Sequence record: MW341595
Source of the DNA: Shigella phage Sfk20
Direction: 5' to 3' (one strand)
Length of the DNA: 64,000 nucleotides
Positions within the stretch are counted from its first letter, which is position 1, and each line of letters starts with the position of its first letter. Of the stretch, positions 48,146 to 57,921 are shown piece by piece. Position numbers and translations under genes: made by a program. The notes beneath the pieces were generated by a model. It ran no database searches and had not been told where the DNA came from. It worked only from the letters and a program-made list of their open reading frames with translations.

Positions 48146-49071
48146 TTCAATACCTCAATGGCATTACGTAAACCATTTGCTTTTGCATTAAGAGCTTTTA
48201 ACAATTTGGTGTGTTCTGCAATTTGGGCTTCAACTTCAATCAAACGAGCATTGAGATATTCGCGTTCTTCGCTCAGGTTATCAACCTTTTCTACTTTAGG
48301 TTCTTTTACAACTGGCTTATACGTATTAGGGTTCTTCAGTTTAATTAGAATGCGTGAGCTGTATAACATTGAACCATTATCTTCGGTTTCATCATACATT
48401 TCCACTACGTCCATGATTTTTAACATCATGCGGAGTTTATAAGACAACGAACGAATAGTTTTGTTGTGCTTATTAATTTCTCTAGAGTTCATGGTGCCGA
48501 GATTACGTGAGTAATAATAAGGAACCTGGATATTAATTAACACTGATGAACCACCTGACTTGTGTGTTACTTCATCAGCAATAACCCAATCCTTAACATG
48601 AACTGTATTTGTACGGTCATCGCCTGCGGTAAATAGTTTGCGAGCATGCTTAAAAAGCATATTCACTTGGGTATTGAATTGACAAGCAAATTTATCAGCA
48701 AATTTAGTTTCAGGAATGGTAGATAACCAATCAGCTAAATGGGTCTTTTTAACATCGTTAACAATAGTAAATTCAACCAAATCGGTTATAGATGTCGCAG
48801 ATTTAATGAAGCTCGGCTTCATAAAGTTTTTAATGTTATCGCGAGCTACAGTAGAAGATAACATACGAGAACGTTTAAACCATTCAAGCAAATTGCCTAA
48901 CGAATGAGAATAAGCGTTTTGAGTATCTTTACAGATATGATTTTCCTGGCCAACATATTGAAGGAAATCACGAAGAATATTATTGATTACTGCTCTGTGT
49001 CCGATCTGATAATTACGGTGTTTAGTAATAAGACTGTCAAAATAATCAATATAATGTTTACGAGTTTTCAT
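48142..49071 (-). CDS. hypothetical protein with C-terminal coiled coil, 309 aa
   Basis: ORF track; C-terminal heptad-like segment; first of four similar-architecture genes. Confidence 0.55.
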   Translation of the reverse strand: MKTRKHYIDYFDSLITKHRNYQIGHRAVINNILRDFLQYVGQENHICKDTQNAYSHSLGNLLEWFKRSRMLSSTVARDNIKNFMKPSFIKSATSITDLVEFTIVNDVKKTHLADWLSTIPETKFADKFACQFNTQVNMLFKHARKLFTAGDDRTNTVHVKDWVIADEVTHKSGGSSVLINIQVPYYYSRNLGTMNSREINKHNKTIRSLSYKLRMMLKIMDVVEMYDETEDNGSMLYSSRILIKLKNPNTYKPVVKEPKVEKVDNLSEEREYLNARLIEVEAQIAEHTKLLKALNAKANGLRNAIEVLK

Positions 49072-49123
49072 GTTCTTCTCACTTGGTTAATGATTTATAC
49101 TCCGAGCCATCCTTGGCTTTAAA

Positions 49124-50125
49124 TTACTTAATTAATTGTAAAGCTTGTTCAAGACGATCCAGGCGATTAACAGATTCTTCCCAAATCCTTTTAGCCTGCT
49201 CATATTCTTTCTGCGCTTTATTAGAAATTTCTAGAACTTCCTTATAAGCTTTTTCTAATGCAATAACTTCTGGACGAATTTCTACCGGTTCAGGTGAATC
49301 ATCAAGATTATCCATTAGTTCCTCAAGGGTAGTTTCTTCTTTAGGAGTATTCACAATTTCTTCACATTTTTGTTGGTAAATTTCTTTATCAGTCGGTGAG
49401 TACGCACATTTCACTTCACGAAGGCTAATTATAATTTTATATCCTTCCCAACCACACATATTTTTGAAAGGATATGTATGAATACTTTTTACAGTTTCCA
49501 TACAGCCCAAAGCCGCCTCTAATTGATAAGTTATAGTGCTAGCAATTGAGAAAAATTTATTAATATTCTTTTGGTTAGCGTTTGGTGTAAAAAATCCATA
49601 ATTCACAAAAATAGCTACTTTATTTTTATCAAGCTCATTTTCTTTTACGATAATCATATCAGAAGCCAAAGGATGAATTTGACGATAATCGCCATAACAT
49701 AATTTAGAAGCTGATTTTAGAATTTGTCCTTTGAAAAGTCTGAAATTACTAATCCACCGACGAGTAAAAATATTCTCAGGGTCTTCTTTATTATTAAGAT
49801 GATAAGAATTAACATCACCGAACCAATTATATCCTACTACATCTTTAGTTCGTTTAATTTCTTTCCCAAATTTACTAAGAATATCTCTGTTGACTAAGTA
49901 TGAAAGAAGACGAGAACCTTTAAAGGTTTCCTTAATGTCATCTTTATATGTACGACTAGAAATTTCACAAACTTCATAAATAAATTTGTCGGAAGAAACA
50001 ATACTTGCACTAGTATTATTGATCCATTGATTGATAATAGAAATCACACTATTCTGACTAGACATAGGTTTAACTTTATCATCAATAACGCTATTGAACG
50101 ATTTGATATATTCGTTACGAGTCAT
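49124..50125 (-). CDS. hypothetical protein with C-terminal coiled coil, 333 aa
   Basis: ORF track 49124..50176 trimmed to ATG 50123-50125 with GAGGAG SD. Confidence 0.55.
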   Translation of the reverse strand: MTRNEYIKSFNSVIDDKVKPMSSQNSVISIINQWINNTSASIVSSDKFIYEVCEISSRTYKDDIKETFKGSRLLSYLVNRDILSKFGKEIKRTKDVVGYNWFGDVNSYHLNNKEDPENIFTRRWISNFRLFKGQILKSASKLCYGDYRQIHPLASDMIIVKENELDKNKVAIFVNYGFFTPNANQKNINKFFSIASTITYQLEAALGCMETVKSIHTYPFKNMCGWEGYKIIISLREVKCAYSPTDKEIYQQKCEEIVNTPKEETTLEELMDNLDDSPEPVEIRPEVIALEKAYKEVLEISNKAQKEYEQAKRIWEESVNRLDRLEQALQLIK

Positions 50126-50153
50126 ATTAATCTCCTCAGTAGAAAGTAAGAAC

Positions 50154-50182
50154 ATTATACCACATCCTTGTGGCAAAGTAAA
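50154..50182 (-). promoter_or_regulatory. early (sigma70-type) promoter
   Basis: Reverse complement TTTACT-17 nt-TATAAT. Confidence 0.6.
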
Positions 50183-51205
50183 CTAGTTCAGTGCATTTAG
50201 TGCATTGTTCAGTTTAGAACGTTGCTTTGTCAGATTTTGAACCCTTGACTGAGCTTGTTCTAACACCTTTTCAGCTTCTAGCACTTCATTGGTCGCTTTA
50301 ACGAGTTCATCATCTACTGCCTTAAGAGACTTCTCAATCGCGTCAGCGTGCCATTTTTCTACAGGTTTAAAATTTGAATTTTCAGTAGGAAGAAAACTCA
50401 CTTTATTAAGTTTACATGCATCTATATTGCTTGAGCTATACATCCAAAATTTAGGATCGTTTGATGAGTAATTGGATAAATTTAAGTTATCTTGCACTTC
50501 CTGCTTTTTCTCTTGCGGGACTTCGTCCTTTCTCAAAAAATCGTATTTAAATGAAACGATCATATCAAGTTCATATGTTGTTGTGTCTAATTTAAATCGC
50601 TCAAAACGAGGTAAAATCTTAGACTGAACAGCGGCAACAACATTCATATACTTAAATGCTTCTGTCAACTGCGATTTAAGGCATTCGCAAATTGAAAGAG
50701 AATTTTTTGTATTAGGTTTAAAGCTAATTCGCGCAGTTCTGTTATTTTCTTTTAATGGTCTTACTTCCATCTGAAGAGTATAACCATCAAATTTCAGGTT
50801 CTTTAAGTTAATGTCAGAACCTTTTAATCGACTAGCAGTCGACAAAATTTGCTTTAATTGTCTACGGAACAGAGCAATAAATCTCCATTCAATACGATAA
50901 TGATTTGGATTAAAAAATCCAGATGATAAATCGACCTTACTTTGACCAACACCTTGAACAAATAGAGGATTTTTATAATCAATAGTTTTACAGAAATTGG
51001 TGAGTTGCTCACGAGCCGTCATTTGTGTAATATACCCCGCTTTACTAAAATTACTCACCCATTCACTGCTATTTAGATATTTAAAGTGATGAATAGCACG
51101 ATTAACTTTATCAGGGTCTAAATTATTTTCGCACAAAAATGTCATAACATTACGAGTATCGCTGGCAGTACGAACCATATCTTCAATTTGAGAACGAGTT
51201 TTCAT
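50183..51205 (-). CDS. hypothetical protein with C-terminal coiled coil, 340 aa
   Basis: ORF track; C-terminal heptad-like segment. Confidence 0.55.
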   Translation of the reverse strand: MKTRSQIEDMVRTASDTRNVMTFLCENNLDPDKVNRAIHHFKYLNSSEWVSNFSKAGYITQMTAREQLTNFCKTIDYKNPLFVQGVGQSKVDLSSGFFNPNHYRIEWRFIALFRRQLKQILSTASRLKGSDINLKNLKFDGYTLQMEVRPLKENNRTARISFKPNTKNSLSICECLKSQLTEAFKYMNVVAAVQSKILPRFERFKLDTTTYELDMIVSFKYDFLRKDEVPQEKKQEVQDNLNLSNYSSNDPKFWMYSSSNIDACKLNKVSFLPTENSNFKPVEKWHADAIEKSLKAVDDELVKATNEVLEAEKVLEQAQSRVQNLTKQRSKLNNALNALN

Positions 51206-51213
51206 GGTATTCC

Positions 51214-52119
51214 TTAAGATTTAAGTAAATCGACAATTTTAATTAACTTTTCACGCTCAGATTTAGCTTTACTACTCAGTCCAGATAGTCTGAAAATTTC
51301 ATCATCATATTGTTGAATAGAAATATTCAGCTCTTCAATCTGTTTATTAAAATAATCAATTTGTTCAGAATGTTTTTCGTTACTACGAACTGGTACAGGT
51401 GTCGTAGGCAATGTAGTTGAACTGGATTCATCCGGGCGATAAATTAAAATACAACTTGAACCAATAGGGCATTTTGCACCAGATGAATATTCTAATGTTC
51501 CAGCTTCTTTTAAAACTTCAAAAGCTAAACAGAGATGATGACCCATATTGACATAATCTGTAGAGTGAGCTCTGATATAATAATCATCGCCACGAGTAAT
51601 AAATTTAAAGCATTTAAGGTCTTCTGTATTATTAGTCTTAAAAATCATTTGTTTATCTAGACCTTTAGCTAATCGAGCGCCTAATGCTAATAATCGTCTT
51701 TGATTTTCCCACAAATCCACAATCATTTGATCGAATGATAATTTTGGCATTAGTCGACCATAAAGGTCATATCCTTTATTATAATTACGAAGGATTTCAC
51801 TCGCGTTAATACGAGACAATGCTCCAATTTTATTAAGGGCTTTCATAATGCGATTAGATAAACTCATTCCAGACCCATTTGTTCGCTGCAAATGTTTTTC
51901 TAATCCAAATCCAATATCAACTTTAAACTTATCTAAAATTTCTGCATGAACATCTCTGTCAATAACATTCAAATCCAAAGTTGGGTTAAATCTATGAAAA
52001 AATTTATCCGGCTCTCCACGGCGAAATACAGTCCATTCATTCATCATTTTTTTATTAACTAAAGATTTAATTACTACATTGACATTATTAATTACTACTG
52101 ACATATTTTCCTCACTCAA
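51214..52119 (-). CDS. hypothetical protein with C-terminal coiled coil, 301 aa
   Basis: ORF track; C-terminal heptad-like segment. Confidence 0.55.
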   Translation of the reverse strand: MSEENMSVVINNVNVVIKSLVNKKMMNEWTVFRRGEPDKFFHRFNPTLDLNVIDRDVHAEILDKFKVDIGFGLEKHLQRTNGSGMSLSNRIMKALNKIGALSRINASEILRNYNKGYDLYGRLMPKLSFDQMIVDLWENQRRLLALGARLAKGLDKQMIFKTNNTEDLKCFKFITRGDDYYIRAHSTDYVNMGHHLCLAFEVLKEAGTLEYSSGAKCPIGSSCILIYRPDESSSTTLPTTPVPVRSNEKHSEQIDYFNKQIEELNISIQQYDDEIFRLSGLSSKAKSEREKLIKIVDLLKS

Positions 52120-52513
52120 TTTTACTAATTACGCGAAATAAGATTGAACAGACTATATAAGTACCGCATATAGACTGAACTAATGCCATTCCAAAGAACC
52201 AAATAATATTATCAAACCATGTCTGTTTTACGTCGAAAGGACGTAAACTTACAGTAATATTATCACCTTTTTCTATTGAAGAATACATCTCTGGGGAAAT
52301 ATATTCACTAAATCTATAACCGTCTTTGAGTTCATATACGGCAATAAACGATAAACTAGACCCTTTTCCTTGTGTTCCTGTAATGGTATTAACTACAGTA
52401 GCATCATAATCTTTATAATGCATATAATCATTAATTGCGTAATAACCATATGCAATTACTACACATAAACAACATATCAATAAATTCAATCTTTTAATTA
52501 TCAACTGTTTCAT
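52112..52513 (-). CDS. membrane protein, 133 aa
   Basis: ORF track; N- and C-terminal hydrophobic segments. Confidence 0.5.
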   Translation of the reverse strand: MKQLIIKRLNLLICCLCVVIAYGYYAINDYMHYKDYDATVVNTITGTQGKGSSLSFIAVYELKDGYRFSEYISPEMYSSIEKGDNITVSLRPFDVKQTWFDNIIWFFGMALVQSICGTYIVCSILFRVISKIE

Positions 52514-52568
52514 AATAATCTCAATTAAAAGGGCTTAGAACCATTATACCATCCTTGGTATAAAGCGG

Positions 52569-53096
52569 TTATGCGAGTACCGTCTTTAACCGTTCTTCAA
52601 ACTTCCGAAGAGTATTTTGGCGTTCAGCTCTTTGCTTTTTGTAAGTTTCAATACGCTCTGAAATGAGAGTGTATCGTTCATTTACCGATTCTTTCATAAA
52701 ATCAGGAATTTCACGAGAAGCTTTAATCTCGTCAAATTTATCAATAACAGCTTGCTCTTCAGCAATTAAGTTATCATACATCAAAATATCTTTCTTGATG
52801 AACTCAATATCTTCTTGAGTTACACGAGATAATTTAGATGCTTTATCCTTTTTGTACTGTTCATTAGTATCACGAGACCAGTGTAATGTACGATTTTTAT
52901 TCGTATTCTTGTAAATTTCTACAATACCGATCTCATCGATAATAACGATCCAATTCCAACGGGATTTGTAAATTTGTCCTCCATCAACAGTGATTTCACC
53001 TCCGATTGAGATGTCATTAAAGAACTTGCTTTGTGCCTCAGATTTAAATTTACCATCGTTGTAATTTACCAAGTTGAAAATATCTTTAGCGTTCAT
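52569..53096 (-). CDS. hypothetical protein, 175 aa, C-terminal coiled coil
   Basis: ORF track; ATG 53094-53096 with GGAGG SD. Confidence 0.5.
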   Translation of the reverse strand: MNAKDIFNLVNYNDGKFKSEAQSKFFNDISIGGEITVDGGQIYKSRWNWIVIIDEIGIVEIYKNTNKNRTLHWSRDTNEQYKKDKASKLSRVTQEDIEFIKKDILMYDNLIAEEQAVIDKFDEIKASREIPDFMKESVNERYTLISERIETYKKQRAERQNTLRKFEERLKTVLA

Positions 53097-53124
53097 TTTC
53101 TGTTCCTCCGTAGTTGATAGTTGT

Positions 53125-53153
53125 ATAGTACCACAGAGGAACAGTCTTGTAAA
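53125..53153 (-). promoter_or_regulatory. early (sigma70-type) promoter
   Basis: Reverse complement TTTACA-17 nt-TACTAT; cassette near-identical to 2107-2156. Confidence 0.6.
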
Positions 53154-53156
53154 CCA

Positions 53157-53471
53157 CTAAAAGAAACTTCTTTCACAATTTTTTCCACTGAACCATGCAC
53201 TTACCGCTTTCTTAGTCTCAGGAGCAGTGTTATCCATAAACCATTCAAAGGCAGCCTTTTTGTGATTCTGGAGGGCTTCTCGGGCTTTAATCTGCTCACG
53301 GTCTATTAACACTAACATATGAGCCTTTCTTGTCACCATGGGCTTCTTATGATTTTTTGAATACTCCCAGTCATTTGTCCATCGCATTGTCGTTGCGAAC
53401 TGAAATACTGCTTCTTTAATTTTAGTTTCGTAAATTTCACGAGCCTTTGAGTATAACATCACTACCTCCAT
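53157..53471 (-). CDS. hypothetical protein, 104 aa
   Basis: ORF track. Confidence 0.45.
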   Translation of the reverse strand: MEVVMLYSKAREIYETKIKEAVFQFATTMRWTNDWEYSKNHKKPMVTRKAHMLVLIDREQIKAREALQNHKKAAFEWFMDNTAPETKKAVSAWFSGKNCERSFF

Positions 53472-53560
53472 TCACCAGTTTAATTCTAGTCATCTTTTTA
53501 ATGGCAGTCCATATAATCTATTTCTGAACTGCCTTTTTGTCATAGAAGTCCTCTTATGAA

Positions 53561-54529
53561 TTATTTCAGAAGAGTAACCTCAGCGATTTCTTCCCAACCA
53601 TTTTTGTCGGTCATAATAAAGTCAGCAAGATAAAGAGCAGTACGCAGTGAAACATTGCGTAAACGATTAACATTAACTTTCATCCATGATAATGCTTTAT
53701 AAGTTTCTTCATCAGAAAGACCACGCTTTTGCATCATGTCAGTTGAAAGAATAACATCTTCAACCCTGACCATAATTTCTTCATTAGTGTGAACACCCAA
53801 ATCTAAATAAACTGAGCGGGACACTAATGCTTGTAAATGTGGAGCAAGTTTAGTACCACGGTCTAATTCGCGGTCAATGTCAACGTTTGTGATAAAAACA
53901 ATCGTTCCTTTAAATTCAAACTCACGCTCAATGCCTTTTTCTTCTAAGTAAGAAGATGCAGTGCTCCAGCAGACTTTACGGGTCTCTCCAGTGTCCAGAG
54001 CGGCTTTTAGAAGATTAAGAATGTCCATATCAGAGAAAACATCCACATCATCAATCAAAAGGACAGAATTCTCTTCACGATTATTCCAAAGCTGCTCATA
54101 AAGACCAATACCAGAGATTTTACCATTAATGCTTTTATATTCAATGTATCCAATATCATTTGCTTTATTTAAAGCTTTATCTAAAGAATACGTTTTACCA
54201 ATACCTGCTGCGCCAGAGATAATTAATGAACGAATATTTCCGTTAATAATACCATTCGTCATCATTCCCATAACATTAAATCTTTTATTAATGCGGGTTT
54301 TCATATCTTCATATGATTCTTTAACTTCTTCAACTTTTACACCATCATATGAAATATCTGATTTGTAAACCCAAACACCGCGACGTTTACCGTCAATTTC
54401 AACAAAAACTTTACCATCTCCTTGCGCATCTACTGGAGCATTATCTGGGAACCATTCGCCTAAGAGCTCAAAAGTTCCAGAGATTTCTTTACCGAAGTAG
54501 ATACCCTTATTGATAGTTACAGTTTTCAT
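53561..54529 (-). CDS. P-loop NTPase, 322 aa
   Basis: ORF track 53561..54598 trimmed to ATG 54527-54529 (GGAGaataaa leader); Walker A GAAGIGKT, Walker B LLIDDVD. Confidence 0.6.
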   Translation of the reverse strand: MKTVTINKGIYFGKEISGTFELLGEWFPDNAPVDAQGDGKVFVEIDGKRRGVWVYKSDISYDGVKVEEVKESYEDMKTRINKRFNVMGMMTNGIINGNIRSLIISGAAGIGKTYSLDKALNKANDIGYIEYKSINGKISGIGLYEQLWNNREENSVLLIDDVDVFSDMDILNLLKAALDTGETRKVCWSTASSYLEEKGIEREFEFKGTIVFITNVDIDRELDRGTKLAPHLQALVSRSVYLDLGVHTNEEIMVRVEDVILSTDMMQKRGLSDEETYKALSWMKVNVNRLRNVSLRTALYLADFIMTDKNGWEEIAEVTLLK

Positions 54530-54574
54530 TTTATTCTCCAAATCCGTATCAGTTGATAGTTGTATAGTACCATA

Positions 54575-54592
54575 GGGAGCCCGAAGGCTCCC
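54575..54592 (-). terminator. GC stem-loop gggagcc-cgaa-ggctccc
   Basis: Palindrome just downstream of the NTase stop, directly abutting a -10 element and conserved leader. Confidence 0.45.
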
Positions 54593-54594
54593 TA

Positions 54595-55608
54595 TCATTT
54601 ATAATAACTTCGGTGGTTTTCAAGATAAACCCTCTCAAGGAAGTCATCCCAGAAACCCATGTCTACTTTTTGCTGCATACCGTTCTTAGAAGCTTCAATG
54701 GATGCTGCTTCTACTTGATCGACCACATCTTCCAAAAACTCTTGAACAGTTTTAAATGGATGTTTACCCAACTTCACGTCGAGAATAAATGGAGCGTCTT
54801 GAAGTGGATAGACTAAGTCACCAGTTTTGTAAATTTCCAATAGTTGGAGCCCACCACGACAAGCATGACTCAGAGCTTTCCAGTCAATGCCCTCATTCGC
54901 TTCAGCCTTACGAGCACGTTCGCCGTATTCAGCATCAAGTTTATTCAAAGATTGCTTAAGCTCGATAAGAGAAAGTGTTGTTTGATATTTACGACCCAAC
55001 ACAGTGTAGAACGTTTGTGGACCTGTTTTCTCATGATTATGGAATACCCATTCACAGAATTCGTTCTCTGGAAGACGATGCTTAATATCTTCAACTTTAG
55101 TTCGACGCTGCTTAATGGAACCGTCTTCTTGGTAATCAACCCATTGCTCAGGGATTTGATTAACTACTTTCAATACATCACGTAATGCGGCCAAACGAGA
55201 ACCCTTAACACCGTATTTAGAAGCTTGCTTGCGAACATATCCTAAGTAGGATTTCATGTTAGTCGTATAAAAACGAGAACGATTGTCTTGAATAAACTTC
55301 CATACATCAGGCAAATCAGATTTAATTACTAGTTCCGGTGGAGTGTGGAGCATATCCAATGCTACAGTTTCACCATCTGCTGCTAATTTAAAGAAATACT
55401 TAAGACTGTATAGTTCATGGTCAATATCATCTTTAGTGTTTTTAGATGATGTGTTGTTAGTGTTTTTACTCATATGCTCTTTAACATTTCCGATAAGAAT
55501 ATCACGAGCAGGAGGAACAAAGATTTCTTTAAAATCTACATCAGATTCTGGAGTAGAAGTTCCATAAAGATGACTACCAAAATAGCTTTTCATTACTGTT
55601 TTCATCAT
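54595..55608 (-). CDS. putative nucleotidyltransferase (Pol-beta superfamily fold), 337 aa
   Basis: N-terminal GS-x9-DxD signature (GSHLYGTSTPESDVDF) in ORF-track translation. Confidence 0.55.
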   Translation of the reverse strand: MMKTVMKSYFGSHLYGTSTPESDVDFKEIFVPPARDILIGNVKEHMSKNTNNTSSKNTKDDIDHELYSLKYFFKLAADGETVALDMLHTPPELVIKSDLPDVWKFIQDNRSRFYTTNMKSYLGYVRKQASKYGVKGSRLAALRDVLKVVNQIPEQWVDYQEDGSIKQRRTKVEDIKHRLPENEFCEWVFHNHEKTGPQTFYTVLGRKYQTTLSLIELKQSLNKLDAEYGERARKAEANEGIDWKALSHACRGGLQLLEIYKTGDLVYPLQDAPFILDVKLGKHPFKTVQEFLEDVVDQVEAASIEASKNGMQQKVDMGFWDDFLERVYLENHRSYYK

Positions 55609-56066
55609 TCAGCCTTATATTCAATAACAGGACATACTTTAGCTTTACGCACTTTTAAAAATTCGACGATAATAGATTTCTTGGGTTGAATAGGAGGTAA
55701 ACCTTTATACGCCCTATCAATATTTTCTACATGTAAAGCATAATCCTTTTTCCATTTATAATCTTTATATTTTTCATGCAGTTGTGCAGGAATAACAAAT
55801 GAACCAATAATAAGTAAAACAAGCAAAATGGCAAGTATAAATGCTGATGGAATAAGAGTCCATAAACTACCAAAAATAAACCATTTCTGCATGATTTCTG
55901 CACAGATAATAGTTAGACCTGTGAGTATAGTACATCCGAAAAAAGAAACGAAAAATGTAGGGATAACAATAGACCAAAAGTATGCGCACAGTGTCTTAGG
56001 TCGTTTCCATTCATCATTAAACAGTTTGAATAATTTATAGTGCCAAGAGTTTTCATTAATAATCAT
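55605..56066 (-). CDS. membrane protein, 153 aa
   Basis: ORF track; several hydrophobic helices. Confidence 0.5.
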   Translation of the reverse strand: MIINENSWHYKLFKLFNDEWKRPKTLCAYFWSIVIPTFFVSFFGCTILTGLTIICAEIMQKWFIFGSLWTLIPSAFILAILLVLLIIGSFVIPAQLHEKYKDYKWKKDYALHVENIDRAYKGLPPIQPKKSIIVEFLKVRKAKVCPVIEYKAE

Positions 56067-56068
56067 AA

Positions 56069-56590
56069 TTATCCTTTCATTGAAGGTGTAACAGTTGTTA
56101 AATACTTAATCATAGCTTCAGCTTCTGATTTTGATAATGAAATTTCTCCATTGTTTTGACGAATAGAAATAAAATCCGGATGACGGTCACCACCAGCTTT
56201 TAAAACACACATATAAGTATCAGTTTCATCTTCAATATCTGAAATAATTGAAGCAGTTCCGCATGAATGTGGTTTTTGATAAATCAATGCAGCTTTTCTT
56301 CCACCGTTTGACTGTTCATAAACTTTTAACACATCAAACAAATCGCTTCTTTTATCAATAGCTAAGATGTTGTTTTCATCTTCAATGTTAAATCCTTCGG
56401 ATACTTCATAAAGTGTCACCCATAAATCACCTATATCGATAGTAGCATTTCCTTTTCCACGACTTTCAAGAATGTGACAAATTTTCTTAATTTCATCATA
56501 ACTCATTTTAATAATATCATCTCCTTGACTAAGGAAGATGTCATTTTTAAATTCAACGCGAATTAAACCACTTCCACTTGAAATAAACAT
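56069..56590 (-). CDS. hypothetical protein, 173 aa; paralogue of 56597..57154
   Basis: Shared GFNIE(D/S)E and C-terminal I-RQ...E(A/E)...YL..V.P.M blocks. Confidence 0.5.
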   Translation of the reverse strand: MFISSGSGLIRVEFKNDIFLSQGDDIIKMSYDEIKKICHILESRGKGNATIDIGDLWVTLYEVSEGFNIEDENNILAIDKRSDLFDVLKVYEQSNGGRKAALIYQKPHSCGTASIISDIEDETDTYMCVLKAGGDRHPDFISIRQNNGEISLSKSEAEAMIKYLTTVTPSMKG

Positions 56591-56596
56591 ATTTCC

Positions 56597-57154
56597 TCAC
56601 TTTGAAATCATAGTTGGAATGACAGAATCAAGATAAGTCTTTAGCGCAATAGCTTCGTCTTTGGTAAATGTGACAATATGCGATCGAAAATCATCAATTT
56701 GACGAATAGTTAAGACATCACCATCTTCATAGCATTTTGATACGTTTAAAACAGTTTCATCATTCTGATTGCAAGCGTTAGTAATAATAGCATTGCAATT
56801 TTTGAGCCATTTTAAACTATGTTTTCTTTCATTAGAATAATAAAAATATTTAATCTTATCTATAAAACTATCCCAATGAATAACTGATAAACATATTGAC
56901 TCGCTTTCAATATTAAATCCTGGGCATGAAGAATAAAAATGAATTTTATGCTCATCATTAATGCTTACAATTTTATCAGTATAAGGATTTTCAATTTGGG
57001 TTAAATGAATGATTTCACTAGGCGTAAAATACATCATATCATCTTCTTGCGTCAAACGATACATATTATTTACTTTTTCTATAGCTAATTCACCAAAAAG
57101 TGAACTAACTTCTAATACTAATCGTTTCATATTGATTCTCTTCGACTCACTCAC
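56597..57154 (-). CDS. hypothetical protein, 185 aa; paralogue of 56069..56590
   Basis: ORF track (GTG start; alternative ATG at 57130). Confidence 0.5.
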   Translation of the reverse strand: MSESKRINMKRLVLEVSSLFGELAIEKVNNMYRLTQEDDMMYFTPSEIIHLTQIENPYTDKIVSINDEHKIHFYSSCPGFNIESESICLSVIHWDSFIDKIKYFYYSNERKHSLKWLKNCNAIITNACNQNDETVLNVSKCYEDGDVLTIRQIDDFRSHIVTFTKDEAIALKTYLDSVIPTMISK

Positions 57155-57156
57155 AA

Positions 57157-57261
57157 TTACATACTCCTTTGAATAATATCAATAATGTTGTTCACCAGAT
57201 TATAAGTAAACATTGGGTAATTATATTGAATCATCACATACACAACAAACAAAACTTTCAT
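57157..57261 (-). CDS. small upstream ORF, 34 aa
   Basis: AAGGAG SD and ATG 57259-57261; stop 2 nt before the GTG start of the downstream gene. Confidence 0.3.
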   Translation of the reverse strand: MKVLFVVYVMIQYNYPMFTYNLVNNIIDIIQRSM

Positions 57262-57289
57262 TCTCTTCTCCTTGACAGTTGACAAGATT

Positions 57290-57318
57290 ACTATACCATA
57301 ACCTTGCCAACTTGTAAA
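57290..57318 (-). promoter_or_regulatory. early (sigma70-type) promoter
   Basis: Reverse complement TTTACA-17 nt-TATAGT. Confidence 0.55.
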
Positions 57319-57321
57319 CCA

Positions 57322-57495
57322 TTAAATGACGTTTTCAATAAAATTCTGAAGCTTTGTGTGAGCATCAACCATGATTTTCATTTCTTCCTTTGCGAAAGCT
57401 GTACCTCTTTCTCGAGCAGAATACTCATAGTCAGAAACTGCATTAGCATATTCTTCAATTAGCTTCATTAAAAACATCTGCTTTTCAGTTTTCAT
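57322..57495 (-). CDS. small hypothetical protein, 57 aa
   Basis: Hand-translated MKTEKQMFLMKLIEEYANAVSDYEYSARERGTAFAKEEMKIMVDAHTKLQNFIENVI; AGGTGG SD. Confidence 0.4.
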   Translation of the reverse strand: MKTEKQMFLMKLIEEYANAVSDYEYSARERGTAFAKEEMKIMVDAHTKLQNFIENVI

Positions 57496-57679
57496 TATTC
57501 CACCTAATCATTTCAAGATATTGAACTAACTTAGCTTTGGATTTATCCAAATCCTTTTTAGCTGCTTCTATACCATCGTATGAGTATCCTTCACAATGCT
57601 CAACTGCTAATTGGTATGAATCTATTTCAATATCACGTGCTAATTTAATGATTTTTTCAAACTGTTCACGTGTTAGCAT
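57485..57679 (-). CDS. hypothetical protein, 64 aa
   Basis: ORF track. Confidence 0.45.
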   Translation of the reverse strand: MLTREQFEKIIKLARDIEIDSYQLAVEHCEGYSYDGIEAAKKDLDKSKAKLVQYLEMIRWNNEN

Positions 57680-57681
57680 AC

Positions 57682-57921
57682 TTAAACTCTCGTATTATGA
57701 TCGATAATTTCATCAAGAAACATATCTAAAGCTTCTACAGCATTATCAACTTTAGCTTCAAGTTCTTCAGCACCTTTATTTGCAATGCCCGACGAAAACC
57801 AAGCAAAGTCACTAAGTTCCTCATCTGCTTTGCGAATTAAAGCTACCAATTCTTTAATTTTATCTGCTTGTTCAATGCTAATCATTATTCCACCACATAT
57901 GAAAGAGAGAATATTGCACAC
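57682..57921 (-). CDS. hypothetical protein, 79 aa
   Basis: ORF track. Confidence 0.45.
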   Translation of the reverse strand: MCNILSFICGGIMISIEQADKIKELVALIRKADEELSDFAWFSSGIANKGAEELEAKVDNAVEALDMFLDEIIDHNTRV

